A DNA stretch of 63,022 nt, the filler included. It is 12 parts of 12 records of this genome, joined end to end, with 100 filler letters (N's around TTAATTAATTAA, not from the genome) between each part and the next. Parts side by side here need not be neighbours in the genome. Positions count along the whole stretch, not along the records: positions 1 to 3,895 come from SRR15195285_3679; positions 3,996 to 9,181 come from SRR15195285_3688; positions 9,282 to 13,691 come from SRR15195285_3699; 9 more parts are not named here. One strand, written 5' to 3'. The position numbers and the translations under genes were made by a program. Each line of letters begins with the position of its first letter. Position 1 is the first letter of the stretch. A model generated the notes under the pieces. The model saw nothing but the letters and a program-made list of their open reading frames with translations. It was not told the DNA's origin and ran no database searches. Positions 1 through 10,245 of this stretch are shown in pieces.

Positions 1-30
1 TAGAGAGAGAGACAGAGAGAGAGAGAGAGA
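1..30. repeat. (AG)n microsatellite inside an intron of the channel gene, at the contig edge
   Basis: tagagagagagacagagagagagagagaga seen directly. Confidence 0.9.
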
Positions 31-60
31 CCGGTGTCTCTTCTGCTCAGTTGGTCTCAC

Positions 61-3000
61 ATTGACGGAGAGAGGAGCGAGACGATCTCGGCTTCGTCGT
101 AAATGGCGTTCTCGGACCAGAGTGTGTTGAAGAAGGCGATCATACGCCGTCGCATTGGCGTCGGGACAGATTTTGTAATCATGAATTGCCGGATTTCGTC
201 CATGCGCTGATTGTACCTGTGTGCAGACTCGCGCGCGCACAGGGTGCATTTTCAGCGCACCCCAGTGCTGCTGTTTTGAGTCAATTCTTTTCTCCAGTTA
301 AAATGAATATGCCAGTTGCCGCCGGCGATGGAAAACGCACCTCTGGACAGCACCCTTTGTGGCCATGATGATGGACGAAAATGTCCCAGACAATGTCGCA
401 AACGCCATAACGCCAATCATTGTCGAAAAGAAAGCGCAGAGGTGCTCAAGGTCCCTGTTGCAGCACGTTTTGCATGAATGCACATTGAGATGTAGTGCAC
501 ACGTACCGTCGTGAGCATGCGTGTGTTGTGGAGGGGTTGACGTGACATGTCCAGGTCCTCCCGTTGATAGCAGCAGGCCAACACGACAGAGTTGAGTGCA
601 CCGCAGTGTAGGTCACGAATTAACTCACGTCCATGCCACGATGTCCCCATATCCCACGGTGGTTACAGTCTGCACGTTGCACAACGACGTCAACCGAGTA
701 GCAGATGCTGATACCGCAGCGTGTGTAATGTGCCGCTGGAAGTAACAACTGAGTGTCCAGCGCAGTTCGTTGCGGCGCACAGTGCAGATGCGCACCTGCA
801 TAGCCCAATAGAGGGACGTCAAATACCGAGTGGCAATCGTTGCGTACATCATATCATCCTCACATGCCAACTCGTCAGCATGCATAGGCCCACGTGCCGC
901 AGCAGCAGCCGTCGACATCGCCTCGGCCGAGCCACATTTCCGCCAGCCCAGCTGCCTCGCCGTCCAGCCGTGCACCACCGCCCCATCGCCGCCAACCTGT
1001 GTACCTACTCAGAGCACACTAATGTTAGTTCAAACTGGAAGTGGTCGCCGAGTTCCAGCCACGCCGCAAAACGGCTCGATTTGAATCAGAAACGGCCGGA
1101 AAATTGAACTTCGCGTGACAAGAACACAAAGTTTCGTCGATGGTTGTATAGTATTGACACTGAACGGAGTAGATACTTTTCCCCGCCATGTACCACAGGC
1201 AAGCCATCAAGTGTGAGATTAGGAAGATCGTCACCAACTGCAGTGAGACGCGCATCGCATTGATGACAGGCCGAAGTGTCTCTTGGTATCGGAGCAACAG
1301 CTTCTTGACCCGGAACACACGCAGCACTGGCAGTATAACCACCCATACACATCGTGCGTGTGCGCATGGTTCAGTTGCCGCAAGCGCATACGGTAGCATT
1401 GTCGTGGCTGTCTGTCAGTCATGACCGGATGTGACTGGAGGAACGTCTACTGCAACTCACTCTTTGCCAAGCGCAGCATCCGTAGAACCTTGAGGCCTTT
1501 CATACCGTCTGTCCCTCCCTCTATGCCCAGGCTACCGCTATCGTCGACACTGCTTGCCTCTATAATCATCTCGATGTAACCCACAGGCAAGCAGCTCACC
1601 TATACTCCATTCAGTAAACGAAAATGAAGACAAAAGATGAGGAGAGCGCATGCAAAAGCAAGCACGAGAGATGAAGAAGAGAAAGCGGCGAGGCGTGCAC
1701 CAAGTCGACGGCGAACCATCCTGTCAGATAATTCTTGGCGATGGCACGATTGTCAAGCACGAGCTCGCCCGACTTGGCATCAAAATACGCTGCACGCAAA
1801 CACACGCCCGCGATGATGACAGACAGCATCCTGGAGGTGGCACCTTGTAAACACAGCGGCGCCCAGCGCCGGCGGCTGGATTCTAGTCTCTCCTACCTGT
1901 GCGAAAATTCATGACAATGTCAACTACGAAATAAATGTCAACCATCAGCTCCACAAAGAACTCGGCCGTTGCGAATTCAACCTCCAGGTCGAATGAAGTT
2001 CTATAGGGAACCATCACGAATACGTAGAGCAGTAGCGGCACCTCTGTGGGTGCACAGAGCGTTGCAGCCAAGCAATCAGCAAGAGCAAACAGCACCAGAC
2101 AACGTGAGTGCGCGACAATAGGTGAAGACTGAAATGCATCAAAACATGGCGAGCAGCCGCTGCCACAGCCGCATAATGCTGGCTTACGGGTACCGTCCCA
2201 GGTCTGGCGATACGCTGAATTCTCCGAGAAAAAGCAAGTTCGATTCCTCGACTTCTGTTCGGCAATATCGAGCTCCTGCACCAAGCAGTGCGGCGGGACA
2301 GGTGTGTGCACACTCCATCAGCCGTAGGGTTGAGCGTATGCACTGTACCATCCAGTCGTATTAGCCCTGGCACCCACGAGTCCACTTGATTCATTTCTAT
2401 GTGATGGCAGAAGATGCGCACCGTGAGGTCCTCCTGCCACGAGGAGAAAACGCCGTCAGCATCTCTCTTGGGCGCAGTATTAGCCAAGCGCTGATTAGAA
2501 AAACCTGTCTGCTCCTCGACCTCGGCTGACTGGCCGTAGAGCTGCCTCACATCTCCCCACAACTTTTGATGTGCCGACATCAACCATAGCAGTATTCCGA
2601 GCCGCTTCCACCTGCTCTCTGCCCCCGCGGCCTTAGGCAGCTGGCAGCGCCCTGCGGCGTCGGCCCTGATAGCGAAGACCAAGCCTTCGGGCAGAACAAG
2701 CAGGTCTGTCCAGTGCCGGTTCATGGCCTGCATCCACATGCGGACTTGTGGGAAGGTCACACAATTGCCTTCGCCGTCAGGATTGATCTCGTCCATCACC
2801 TCCGCGCGGTTGTTGCGCAGGCGTTTGCGTATGTCTGGCAGCAGCTGGCGTTCACACAGCTGCGTGACGAGCTGCGCCATGCCTGCGCCGTTCAGCTTGC
2901 CAGAATTGGACGTGTCGGCCTCGTCGAACAGCCGCCGGACCTCGGCCCCCTCCTCGTCGGCCGCTGATGTGGTTATGTGTGGCACAACCTCTGGGAGGGG

Positions 3001-3651
3001 CTGTCCCGTCATCAGCAGAACGAATTCGTCGAATCCCACCTGCCCATCACCGTCAGTGTCCACCATGGCAACCATCTCCTGGGCCATCTCGTAGCTGGTC
3101 TGCTCGCCCAGGTTGCAGCTGACGTTCTTGAGCTCCTCCGCCGAGATGCCGCCATCCCCATCCTTGTCAAATAGCCTGAAGCAGCTCCTGAGTTGGTCGA
3201 GCGACTCTGCGTCCGCCCTCCACTCGCCTGCCGGCACGGCATCTGGCAGCAGCGCGTTGAATGCATCCCTTGAAAGCACGAAACACTCCACCTCGGACAC
3301 AGCGACGGCTGTAGCTGTGCGCACGCAGTCGCTCTGCAGCAGAGCGAGTTCGCCAAAAAAATCGCCCTCGCCGCGTGTACTCTGGACGGTGCCATCGTCT
3401 TGCACGGAGAACCCAACAGTGCCCATCTTGATCATGAAAAAGTCCTTGCCCTCGTCACCCTTCCGAATAATGGTCTCGCCGGCAGCATACTTGTGGATCT
3501 TCATCCTCTGCGCCGCCAGGATGATGTTCGCCTCCGGCAGGTTGGCGATCGTGGGGCACTTGCGCAGGGAGCTCAATTGACATTGCTGCTCAAAAGACAT
3601 CCCGTCCGCCAGGGCGGCCTCCGCCGGCGCCTGGGGGTCGTCCGGTTCCAT
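61..3651 (-). CDS. Cyclic-nucleotide-regulated K+ channel (KCNH/HCN-like) with N-terminal CNBD and EF-hands; multi-exon, 3' end lost at contig edge
   Basis: CNBD motif (IIRKGDEG..FF..GDFFGELALL..RTAT); EF loops DKDGDGGISAEE and DTDGDGQVGFDE; manual GT-AG splicing gives WDGTQVPLLLYV, S4 KVLRMLRLAKMLRVFR, pore TVTTVGYGDI and C-linker YNQRMDEIRQFM. ATG 3651 inferred. Confidence 0.88.
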
Positions 3652-3895
3652 CGCGCTGGACCTCGTCCTCGTTCTTCCAGTCGCAGTACCCGGCGGCACC
3701 GCGCGGCGGGCTGCCGTGCGCGTTGGCACCGCGCGCGCGCGCACACCGGATTTTGGTTATCGAACTTATACATGTAAATGATGACCCTACCCCAGCTGTA
3801 AGGTTGGATGGGTGCGGAGGTCTGAGACGACAAATTCTGAGTGGGAGTCATGAATGTGGTACGCCCGCAGAGCTCTCGAGCCGAGGAGCTCTTGG

Positions 3896-3995
3896 NNNNN
3901 NNNNNNNNNNNNNNNNNNNNNNNNNNNNNNNNNNNNNNNTTAATTAATTAANNNNNNNNNNNNNNNNNNNNNNNNNNNNNNNNNNNNNNNNNNNN
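3896..3995. other. Artificial contig linker; identical linkers at 9182-9281, 13692-13791, 18603-18702, 25151-25250, 30296-30395, 36283-36382, 43909-44008, 47945-48044, 51181-51280, 55356-55455
   Basis: Eleven 100-nt blocks of N with central TTAATTAATTAA (stops in all six frames). Confidence 0.99.
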
Positions 3996-4005
3996 CAATT
4001 TCAGA

Positions 4006-5346
4006 TTGGTGAAGCTGAGTGCAAGCCACTACATTGCGTTGATAGCTTCGGCTTGCTTGTATGCGAGCCTGAATTGCGTCTTACACGCCACAAATAGTGA
4101 CATGGGCGTCGTAGTTGCTGGTTATTTTTGCTGTTTCATTGCCACTGGCAGCATATGCGCACTGTATTACGACATTCCACGCGATATGAATCTCGGCCAG
4201 TGCTGGCAATTTCTGCTACTGTCAGGCTGTGTCCACGGCACGATGGTGTGGTGTTGGACCTCGGTGATACACACACACTCTAAGGATGCGTCTGTGGTGC
4301 ATCCCATAGCAAGAGGTCTTGGCACTGCAGGAACCGCAATGGCATCCATATTGCTGTTGGGTGGGCACATTTCGAGTGGCACTTTGTTCGGAATTGCTTG
4401 CGTAGCTACCGGTGCGTTCATGATCGGTATCGGGCGTATATCAGGACAGTTGACGCGTGGGGAAGGTGAGAGGACACAGCGATCAGAGACGCGCGGGATG
4501 CTGTCTGAAAGTCTATCGGAGACAGAGAGTGACGATGACAGTGACCGTGAAGCCTTTGTAAAAGGTTCAGCAATTGCACAAGCAAAGTCCCTGGAGCGCA
4601 AGCGAGCCAAGTATGGCGATTCATTTGCACAAGCACAACTTGACAAACTGCAGGTGATGGGCCAAGGCAAAGGTTCGAGTGATGAAGACAAACCACATCC
4701 ACTAACTTGCAGGCAGAGCGTTGTGTGGACGCTCCTTGGTGGTGCATCAGTCGCATCATACTCGTTAAGTGACTCCGTTGGAGTTAAGCTATGCCCACCT
4801 TTGCCATATCTCTTCGGCGTACTGGTGGTTCAGCTGCTCTGTTGGGTACCGTGGGCTGTCACCAACGCTAGCATTCGCGCAGATGTACTTCGATCATTGG
4901 CCGCGACAGAGCAGGGCGGCCACCGAAGTGAGTACGCTTGATTGTTGTTTGAAGCAGAGATGTGTTGGCAGTTGTGTCAGTAGTTTGTCATCATCGCACA
5001 TTCGTCATCAAGGAACGGTCACTCACAAATGTCCTGGATTTGCAGAAGAGGTGATTTTATTGGCTGCATGCGCGCCTACCAGCTACTTCGTCGTTCTCTG
5101 GGCACTCAGCCAATCGCCACAGAGCGTTGGTGCAGTAGTAGCGGTACAGCAGCCGTCCAGTCAGTCCACTGGCTTGAACCTCAGGATCAGAGTCTGATCA
5201 AAACGCGCGTGTGTGAGCAGGTGCGCGAGTTATCAGTTGCAGCAGGCACAGTGCTAGGAGCTATGATTCTGAAGGAGCCGATGAGCTGCCACACGGGTTT
5301 CGGGGTAGCATCAATGATAGTGGGCGCAGCTCTTGTATGTGTATAA
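4006..5346 (+). CDS. EamA/DMT-family transporter, 5'-truncated, two introns
   Basis: Hydrophobic helices; DASVVHPIARG and, after splicing, VVAVRELSVAAGTVLGAMILKE, typical DMT motifs. Confidence 0.8.
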
Positions 5347-5496
5347 CTACCGGAAGGTAGCACCATTGTATATCTCGGGCAATTGCCCATCTGCATTACT
5401 CAGGGCGATAGAACAGCCTTACTGACGTCGAGTGAGACTTGGTATGAACATACACTGACGTGCATTAAAGTTGGACTTGGCATCTTGGTATCTAGG

Positions 5497-8400
5497 CTAC
5501 ACTTCAACCCTGTGCGTAGATCTTCTGGTTACCAGCCTGGTCAAGATATACAGACACAACGAGGCGAATCCAAATGCATACGTAACCACCAATAGCGTGT
5601 GAGCTCGTGAAACAGAGATTCTCTCTCGCCACACGCTCTGCGCAGCAAGAGGGCTATCTGCTGTGAGCCATGGCTGAGTATACGTGAGCGGAATTTCTGC
5701 CGCTCCCTTTGCATTCTGGCCAAACAAGGGGTAGTAGTAAAGAAATGGCGCTGTGATCGTCAAGTTGAAAACCATGCGGAGGACAAACGAGATCGTTGTT
5801 TCTTCTCTGGGGTTCGATTTATGGATGTTCTTGATCGTGTCGAACTGAACAGGCACAATGATCGTGAGTAGCCCGATCCACAATTTTTCCTTCCAACTGA
5901 CCACGATCTCTTGATATTCTGGCGTGGTTTTGCCCCCGGCTGGCTTCAGTAAGATATCACCGGCCACACCCTGAACACTGAGCCAGCCTTGCGTAACTTT
6001 CACTCGCTGTAAACCACTGGGTAGCCACGCGGTGACTACGCTGTGGACTACCTGCCCGGGACTGACCTTGATGTTTGACATGCTGCCAGCATGTTTGTCG
6101 AATACCTGTACCACTGGCGATGAAAGCGCCACATTCTTGGTGACGAACTGTGCGTTCACGACCGTGTAGTCCTTACCTACTCGACTGAGGGCCATCTTGC
6201 GCTGCTGCATTATCTCCTTTTGTAGCGCTTTGGCATTGCGCTGTCTTAACAGTTCCTTTGCAATGTCCACCCGACGCGGTTTGGAAATTACCGCCTGCAG
6301 TAAGTACATTGTAACGAAGAGCACCACAAACACCCAAGACATCCCACTGATGGAGAATATCGTTGCTGCCATCATCAGAGCGGATACTCTGAAAATAACT
6401 TGGCACACGATATAGAGGCCGAAGGCAGCTCGCCACTGGGACCTCACGTGCTGCGGCAGCATGGCAATGGTCGACGAAGTTGACAGCAAACCAGATGCCA
6501 CAGAGATGGCAAGTTGCATCCAGATTGTCACAGACGACAAGCACTCTCCGTATGGTTGTACCGTACCGTCTTGAGATACAATATCGGCATAGCTCGTCAG
6601 TGGACATGCATTGCAGTGAGACTTGTGGTACGGACTCGCTATAGTGCAATTAGAAGACGACAACGACAAGGTACCGTTGGTGATATCCTGTGTCGAGTTT
6701 AAGTATTCAATCATTTGCTGGCTGTAGCCAGGTTGCTGCCACAGACTCTCTGGCAACACGCACGCGTCGGGTGCCCGCATTCCTCCATTGCCCCATCCAC
6801 CTCCGAATTCAGCCTCCTCGAACAACTGTGTCCATGTAACGAACGTATCAGCACCACAGGCAGTGCTTGCGTCCACATCCGATGTCGAGCCCGGTATCCA
6901 TGGATTTCCCACGGGCATCCCGCGGGTCCAGCTGGGATCACCGATTGCTTCACCGAGCGCAAGAGTATCTTGAGAATCATGTGTACACCGACCATTGCTG
7001 TCAAAATGGCATTTGGTTCCGTACACAGCATCATTTGGAGCTGGCGGACGAAGTGGCTCGAGCATGATTCGGTACAAGATGAAGGCTTGGAGAAGCAACT
7101 GAGGAACGGACTCAAAAAGACCTTCAGCTGCCTTGACAGCTGACAGGCCAGCCTGCGGCATCCGGCCATGCGAAATGTTGAATAGTGCTCTCCCTGCTTC
7201 ATAGAACATCCGCAACAACGAAAAGTTCAAAATCCAGTGAATGACGATGTAGCCGTTCGACTCAGTGGAACGCATCATGAAGTAATCAATGAGACACGCA
7301 GCAACTACACCCATAAGGACAAATGCCATGGATAGCGCGTAGAAGCCAGTCTCCATATATGTTGAGCATGGGCCTTCGTATTCAGCCGCGGTTTGCGAGA
7401 AGCTCTCGAAGACTGAAGGAGTGTACGTGTTGTCGCACGTGGGGTTGAATAGTACATAGTTGCATCCGCATACGGTGTTGAACGGTGGAAAGTGCACGTT
7501 CCCAAACTTGAGCGTAAGCATCAAGTCGTTGTAGATGTCAAAGTAGTGCAGAAAACACCATGCAACAACAATGAACGGTTGCAAGTGCCATTTGATCAGC
7601 GCCGACTGTTTGGCAGATTCTCCATTTGCCGCAGCTTCAGCAATCATGGCCTTTTTTGACAGCGTACTACTGATTGCCTTCGGCATTAAGCTTGCAATGT
7701 CGGTGTGCCCAAGTTTCATCGCCACTTCCTTGGCAGTATTCCCGTTCAGATCCTGAGCGTTGAAATCCACACCGTTCTCAATGACAAACTGTCTTACAGT
7801 TTTCTCATCACCTGTCCGAGCAGCCAAGAACAGCTTCTGTTCCGGGGTTGCCTGATGGTCGGCGCTAAAATACCGCTCGTGCTGTTCCAAAATGAAGTTG
7901 GCAACGTCCTTGTGATGGCAATGCTGCATCATTGTGGCAGTTGGCAAAGTTCCACAATGCATGTGCATGACTTTGCCTACATCGTCACACAACTGCAGGC
8001 ACTTCTCAATCAGCTTGATACCACGATCTTGTTCGAGCATCATACACAACGCAACGTCGGTACTTTCATTGAACGGAGTTAGCATTGCCTGCTGGAGATT
8101 TCCGGCTCTGTGATGAGCCTCAACAACTGCCATCACCAGCTCATCTGCCGACTGCGAGTTCAGGACTAGGTGCAACATCTGATCCTGTCCGTCACGCTTA
8201 TTCAGGAGGTTTGGTTGTACTTTGAAAAAAACGTCCGCTATTTCGCATAGTTGCTTCAATCGTACCGTAGTTAAACCTGTCGCTCGCCGGTCGCCCAAAA
8301 TGAACAGATTGCTCATGTTGGTTGTGCCGTCTGCCCTGTTGGTGACAATTGCCTTTGGGTGCGCCTCCGCTATGGCACGGACGGTGGCAACCGAACTCTC

Positions 8401-9180
8401 GTTTTCAATAGCCAAGTGCAACGGAAAATCCCCTTCTGCTGTCTTGATGGCTGCAGGTGACACTCCTTCCAGGTCACACTCCATTGCGTCCAATACGAAC
8501 GCTTCCAAATCGCCATATTTATTCAGGGCTGCATGCAGAGGATAATTGCCGCGGCTGTCCTTCTGTGTAAGAGCATCAGGGTATGCTTCCAAAATAATCT
8601 CAGCAACGCCTACATCTACTGCCGTTCCCACGCCTGCATTGTGCAGCAATATGTGCAGCGGTAGGTCTCCGTTGTCTGTTTTGATCGAAGCAGCATCGTT
8701 GTAGGCTTCTAACACCGCCGCGGTGGCTTTGGGCGTCGCGGCACATATCATCAGCAAGTGCAATGGCAGCATATTGTACCGATTTTTACATTGGGCGGCT
8801 TCGGGATATGCCTCAGCGAGCATTGCTATGATATCCTCATTGTTGTGGTTAACTGTTGCCCCGGATATTGCAGCATGAAGTAGGTACTCAACGTTGTCAG
8901 GATGAGTTGGGGGATTTGGTCTTACCACCAGAGGGACTCTGTTGCTGTGACGATATCGCGGCCATTCAGGCACGATGATAGCCGTGTAGCTACCTTCCCG
9001 TGTGTAGACGTGAGTCAACGAGCCAACCTCTGCTGAGATGGGGACGTAGAACACCATGTCTTCCAATCCTTTCAGCTCAAAAGGATGCCAGTAATATTCT
9101 CTGCTCGGGTGAAGGCGCATTTCCTCGAGCGGCGGAATCGTCACCTTGATTTCCTGGCCGCTGCTGAGCGCATCACTCCA
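5497..9180 (-). CDS. Ankyrin-repeat plus XK-related multi-pass membrane protein, 5'-truncated
   Basis: Repeated LPLH/YPLH/FPLH ankyrin-like units and LFLAARTGD..DFNAQDLNGNTA; XK hallmarks YFDIYND and EGLFESVPQLLLQ; frame open to contig end. Confidence 0.75.
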   Translation of the reverse strand, partial: WSDALSSGQEIKVTIPPLEEMRLHPSREYYWHPFELKGLEDMVFYVPISAEVGSLTHVYTREGSYTAIIVPEWPRYRHSNRVPLVVRPNPPTHPDNVEYLLHAAISGATVNHNNEDIIAMLAEAYPEAAQCKNRYNMLPLHLLMICAATPKATAAVLEAYNDAASIKTDNGDLPLHILLHNAGVGTAVDVGVAEIILEAYPDALTQKDSRGNYPLHAALNKYGDLEAFVLDAMECDLEGVSPAAIKTAEGDFPLHLAIENESSVATVRAIAEAHPKAIVTNRADGTTNMSNLFILGDRRATGLTTVRLKQLCEIADVFFKVQPNLLNKRDGQDQMLHLVLNSQSADELVMAVVEAHHRAGNLQQAMLTPFNESTDVALCMMLEQDRGIKLIEKCLQLCDDVGKVMHMHCGTLPTATMMQHCHHKDVANFILEQHERYFSADHQATPEQKLFLAARTGDEKTVRQFVIENGVDFNAQDLNGNTAKEVAMKLGHTDIASLMPKAISSTLSKKAMIAEAAANGESAKQSALIKWHLQPFIVVAWCFLHYFDIYNDLMLTLKFGNVHFPPFNTVCGCNYVLFNPTCDNTYTPSVFESFSQTAAEYEGPCSTYMETGFYALSMAFVLMGVVAACLIDYFMMRSTESNGYIVIHWILNFSLLRMFYEAGRALFNISHGRMPQAGLSAVKAAEGLFESVPQLLLQAFILYRIMLEPLRPPAPNDAVYGTKCHFDSNGRCTHDSQDTLALGEAIGDPSWTRGMPVGNPWIPGSTSDVDASTACGADTFVTWTQLFEEAEFGGGWGNGGMRAPDACVLPESLWQQPGYSQQMIEYLNSTQDITNGTLSLSSSNCTIASPYHKSHCNACPLTSYADIVSQDGTVQPYGECLSSVTIWMQLAISVASGLLSTSSTIAMLPQHVRSQWRAAFGLYIVCQVIFRVSALMMAATIFSISGMSWVFVVLFVTMYLLQAVISKPRRVDIAKELLRQRNAKALQKEIMQQRKMALSRVGKDYTVVNAQFVTKNVALSSPVVQVFDKHAGSMSNIKVSPGQVVHSVVTAWLPSGLQRVKVTQGWLSVQGVAGDILLKPAGGKTTPEYQEIVVSWKEKLWIGLLTIIVPVQFDTIKNIHKSNPREETTISFVLRMVFNLTITAPFLYYYPLFGQNAKGAAEIPLTYTQPWLTADSPLAAQSVWRERISVSRAHTLLVVTYAFGFASLCLYILTRLVTRRSTHRVEV

Positions 9181-9429
9181 CNNNNNNNNNNNNNNNNNNN
9201 NNNNNNNNNNNNNNNNNNNNNNNNNTTAATTAATTAANNNNNNNNNNNNNNNNNNNNNNNNNNNNNNNNNNNNNNNNNNNNGTTTCCGGAACCGGTTCCG
9301 GAAACCGTGAAACCCAGTTCCACTAAACCCCCTCCTGTCCTACGAGGATTCGCACAAAGTGTCTATACCAATGTACGTGCAGGAACAAACAAGTTGGGCG
9401 GGAAATTATGGCGAACATGCAGACGCATA

Positions 9430-9808
9430 CAGTACGGCGCGAACGGCATCAGTGTTCCGTTCGGTGCGCGCGTGGGATGCCTGAAGGCAAGCAGCGCCGA
9501 ACGCGAGTTTGTTGGCGTCAGTGTCGCCGTGACGCAAGTACGCCACCTGCACAAATTTCCGACGCGTGAACAACGCACCAGCAGTCATCGATGACGACCC
9601 ATTCGAACCCGAGGTCCTTCATCCCATTGTCAACCATGGCCTTGGCGGTCTCGCGGATCTGACGGTCGTAGCAGGCGTCGGTCCCACACTTGCCCACTGC
9701 ACACCAGCTCTGCCACCCGAGAAACGGCTTCAGCCCCACGCCGTTGCTGTACGCGTGCGTGCTCAGCACAGCACTGAGCGCGAGGAGTAGGACAGCCTGC
9801 ACGCGCAT
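9430..9808 (-). CDS. GH27 alpha-galactosidase/NAGA-like enzyme, first exons only (rest beyond contig edge)
   Basis: Signal peptide MRVQAVLLLALSAVLSTHA then NGVGLKPFLGWQSW..MVDNGMKDLGFEWVVIDDCW; intron, then HPTRAPNGTL. Confidence 0.85.
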
Positions 9809-10245
9809 CTTCCTCGTCTGCCTTGCGCCAGTGCCGCCTCGCTCGGCGCCCCGCCGCGCTCGTCGCGCCGGCGCGGGCGCGTCGCGCGCGCGCGAGCCGG
9901 CGGCGCGCGCGGCGCGCACTACATGATCATGTGCGCGTCGCGTCCGGCGCGACGTCGTCCAACGTCCATCCCGCGCGCGCCGCGCGCGCGTCCGCGGCCA
10001 TCCGCGCTAGATCTATACATGTATGCGCGCTGCGGCGGCGCCGACGGCGCGACGCCGCGCGGACGCACGCGTCCGCGCGCGCGTACCGCGGCGATCCGGA
10101 TCCCGGCGCCGGGCGACGACCGACGGCGACGCGCCCGGTCGTGCCCTCGCTCGTCCCTGCCAACGTGGCTAGCTCAAGCTTCAGCGCGTGGACGACGCGA
10201 CGCACGTGCAACTACTGGGTACACATGTACACGAAGTCCTGCAAG

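Noticed and set aside
3896-3995. Repeated TTAATTAATTAA within N runs, resembling a repeat array
   Set aside because: Artificial linker; not CRISPR or biology, and no synteny can be inferred across it.
9282-9305. Perfect 24-bp palindrome GTTTCCGGAACCGGTTCCGGAAAC
   Set aside because: Exactly at a contig end, typical of amplification fold-back or an assembly break.
9823-10224. Arg/Ala-rich N-terminal extension of the 1122-aa ORF (similar extensions on ORFs at 3744, 16709, 48072)
   Set aside because: Stop-poor GC-rich promoter DNA with non-ATG or implausible starts; better starts lie downstream.
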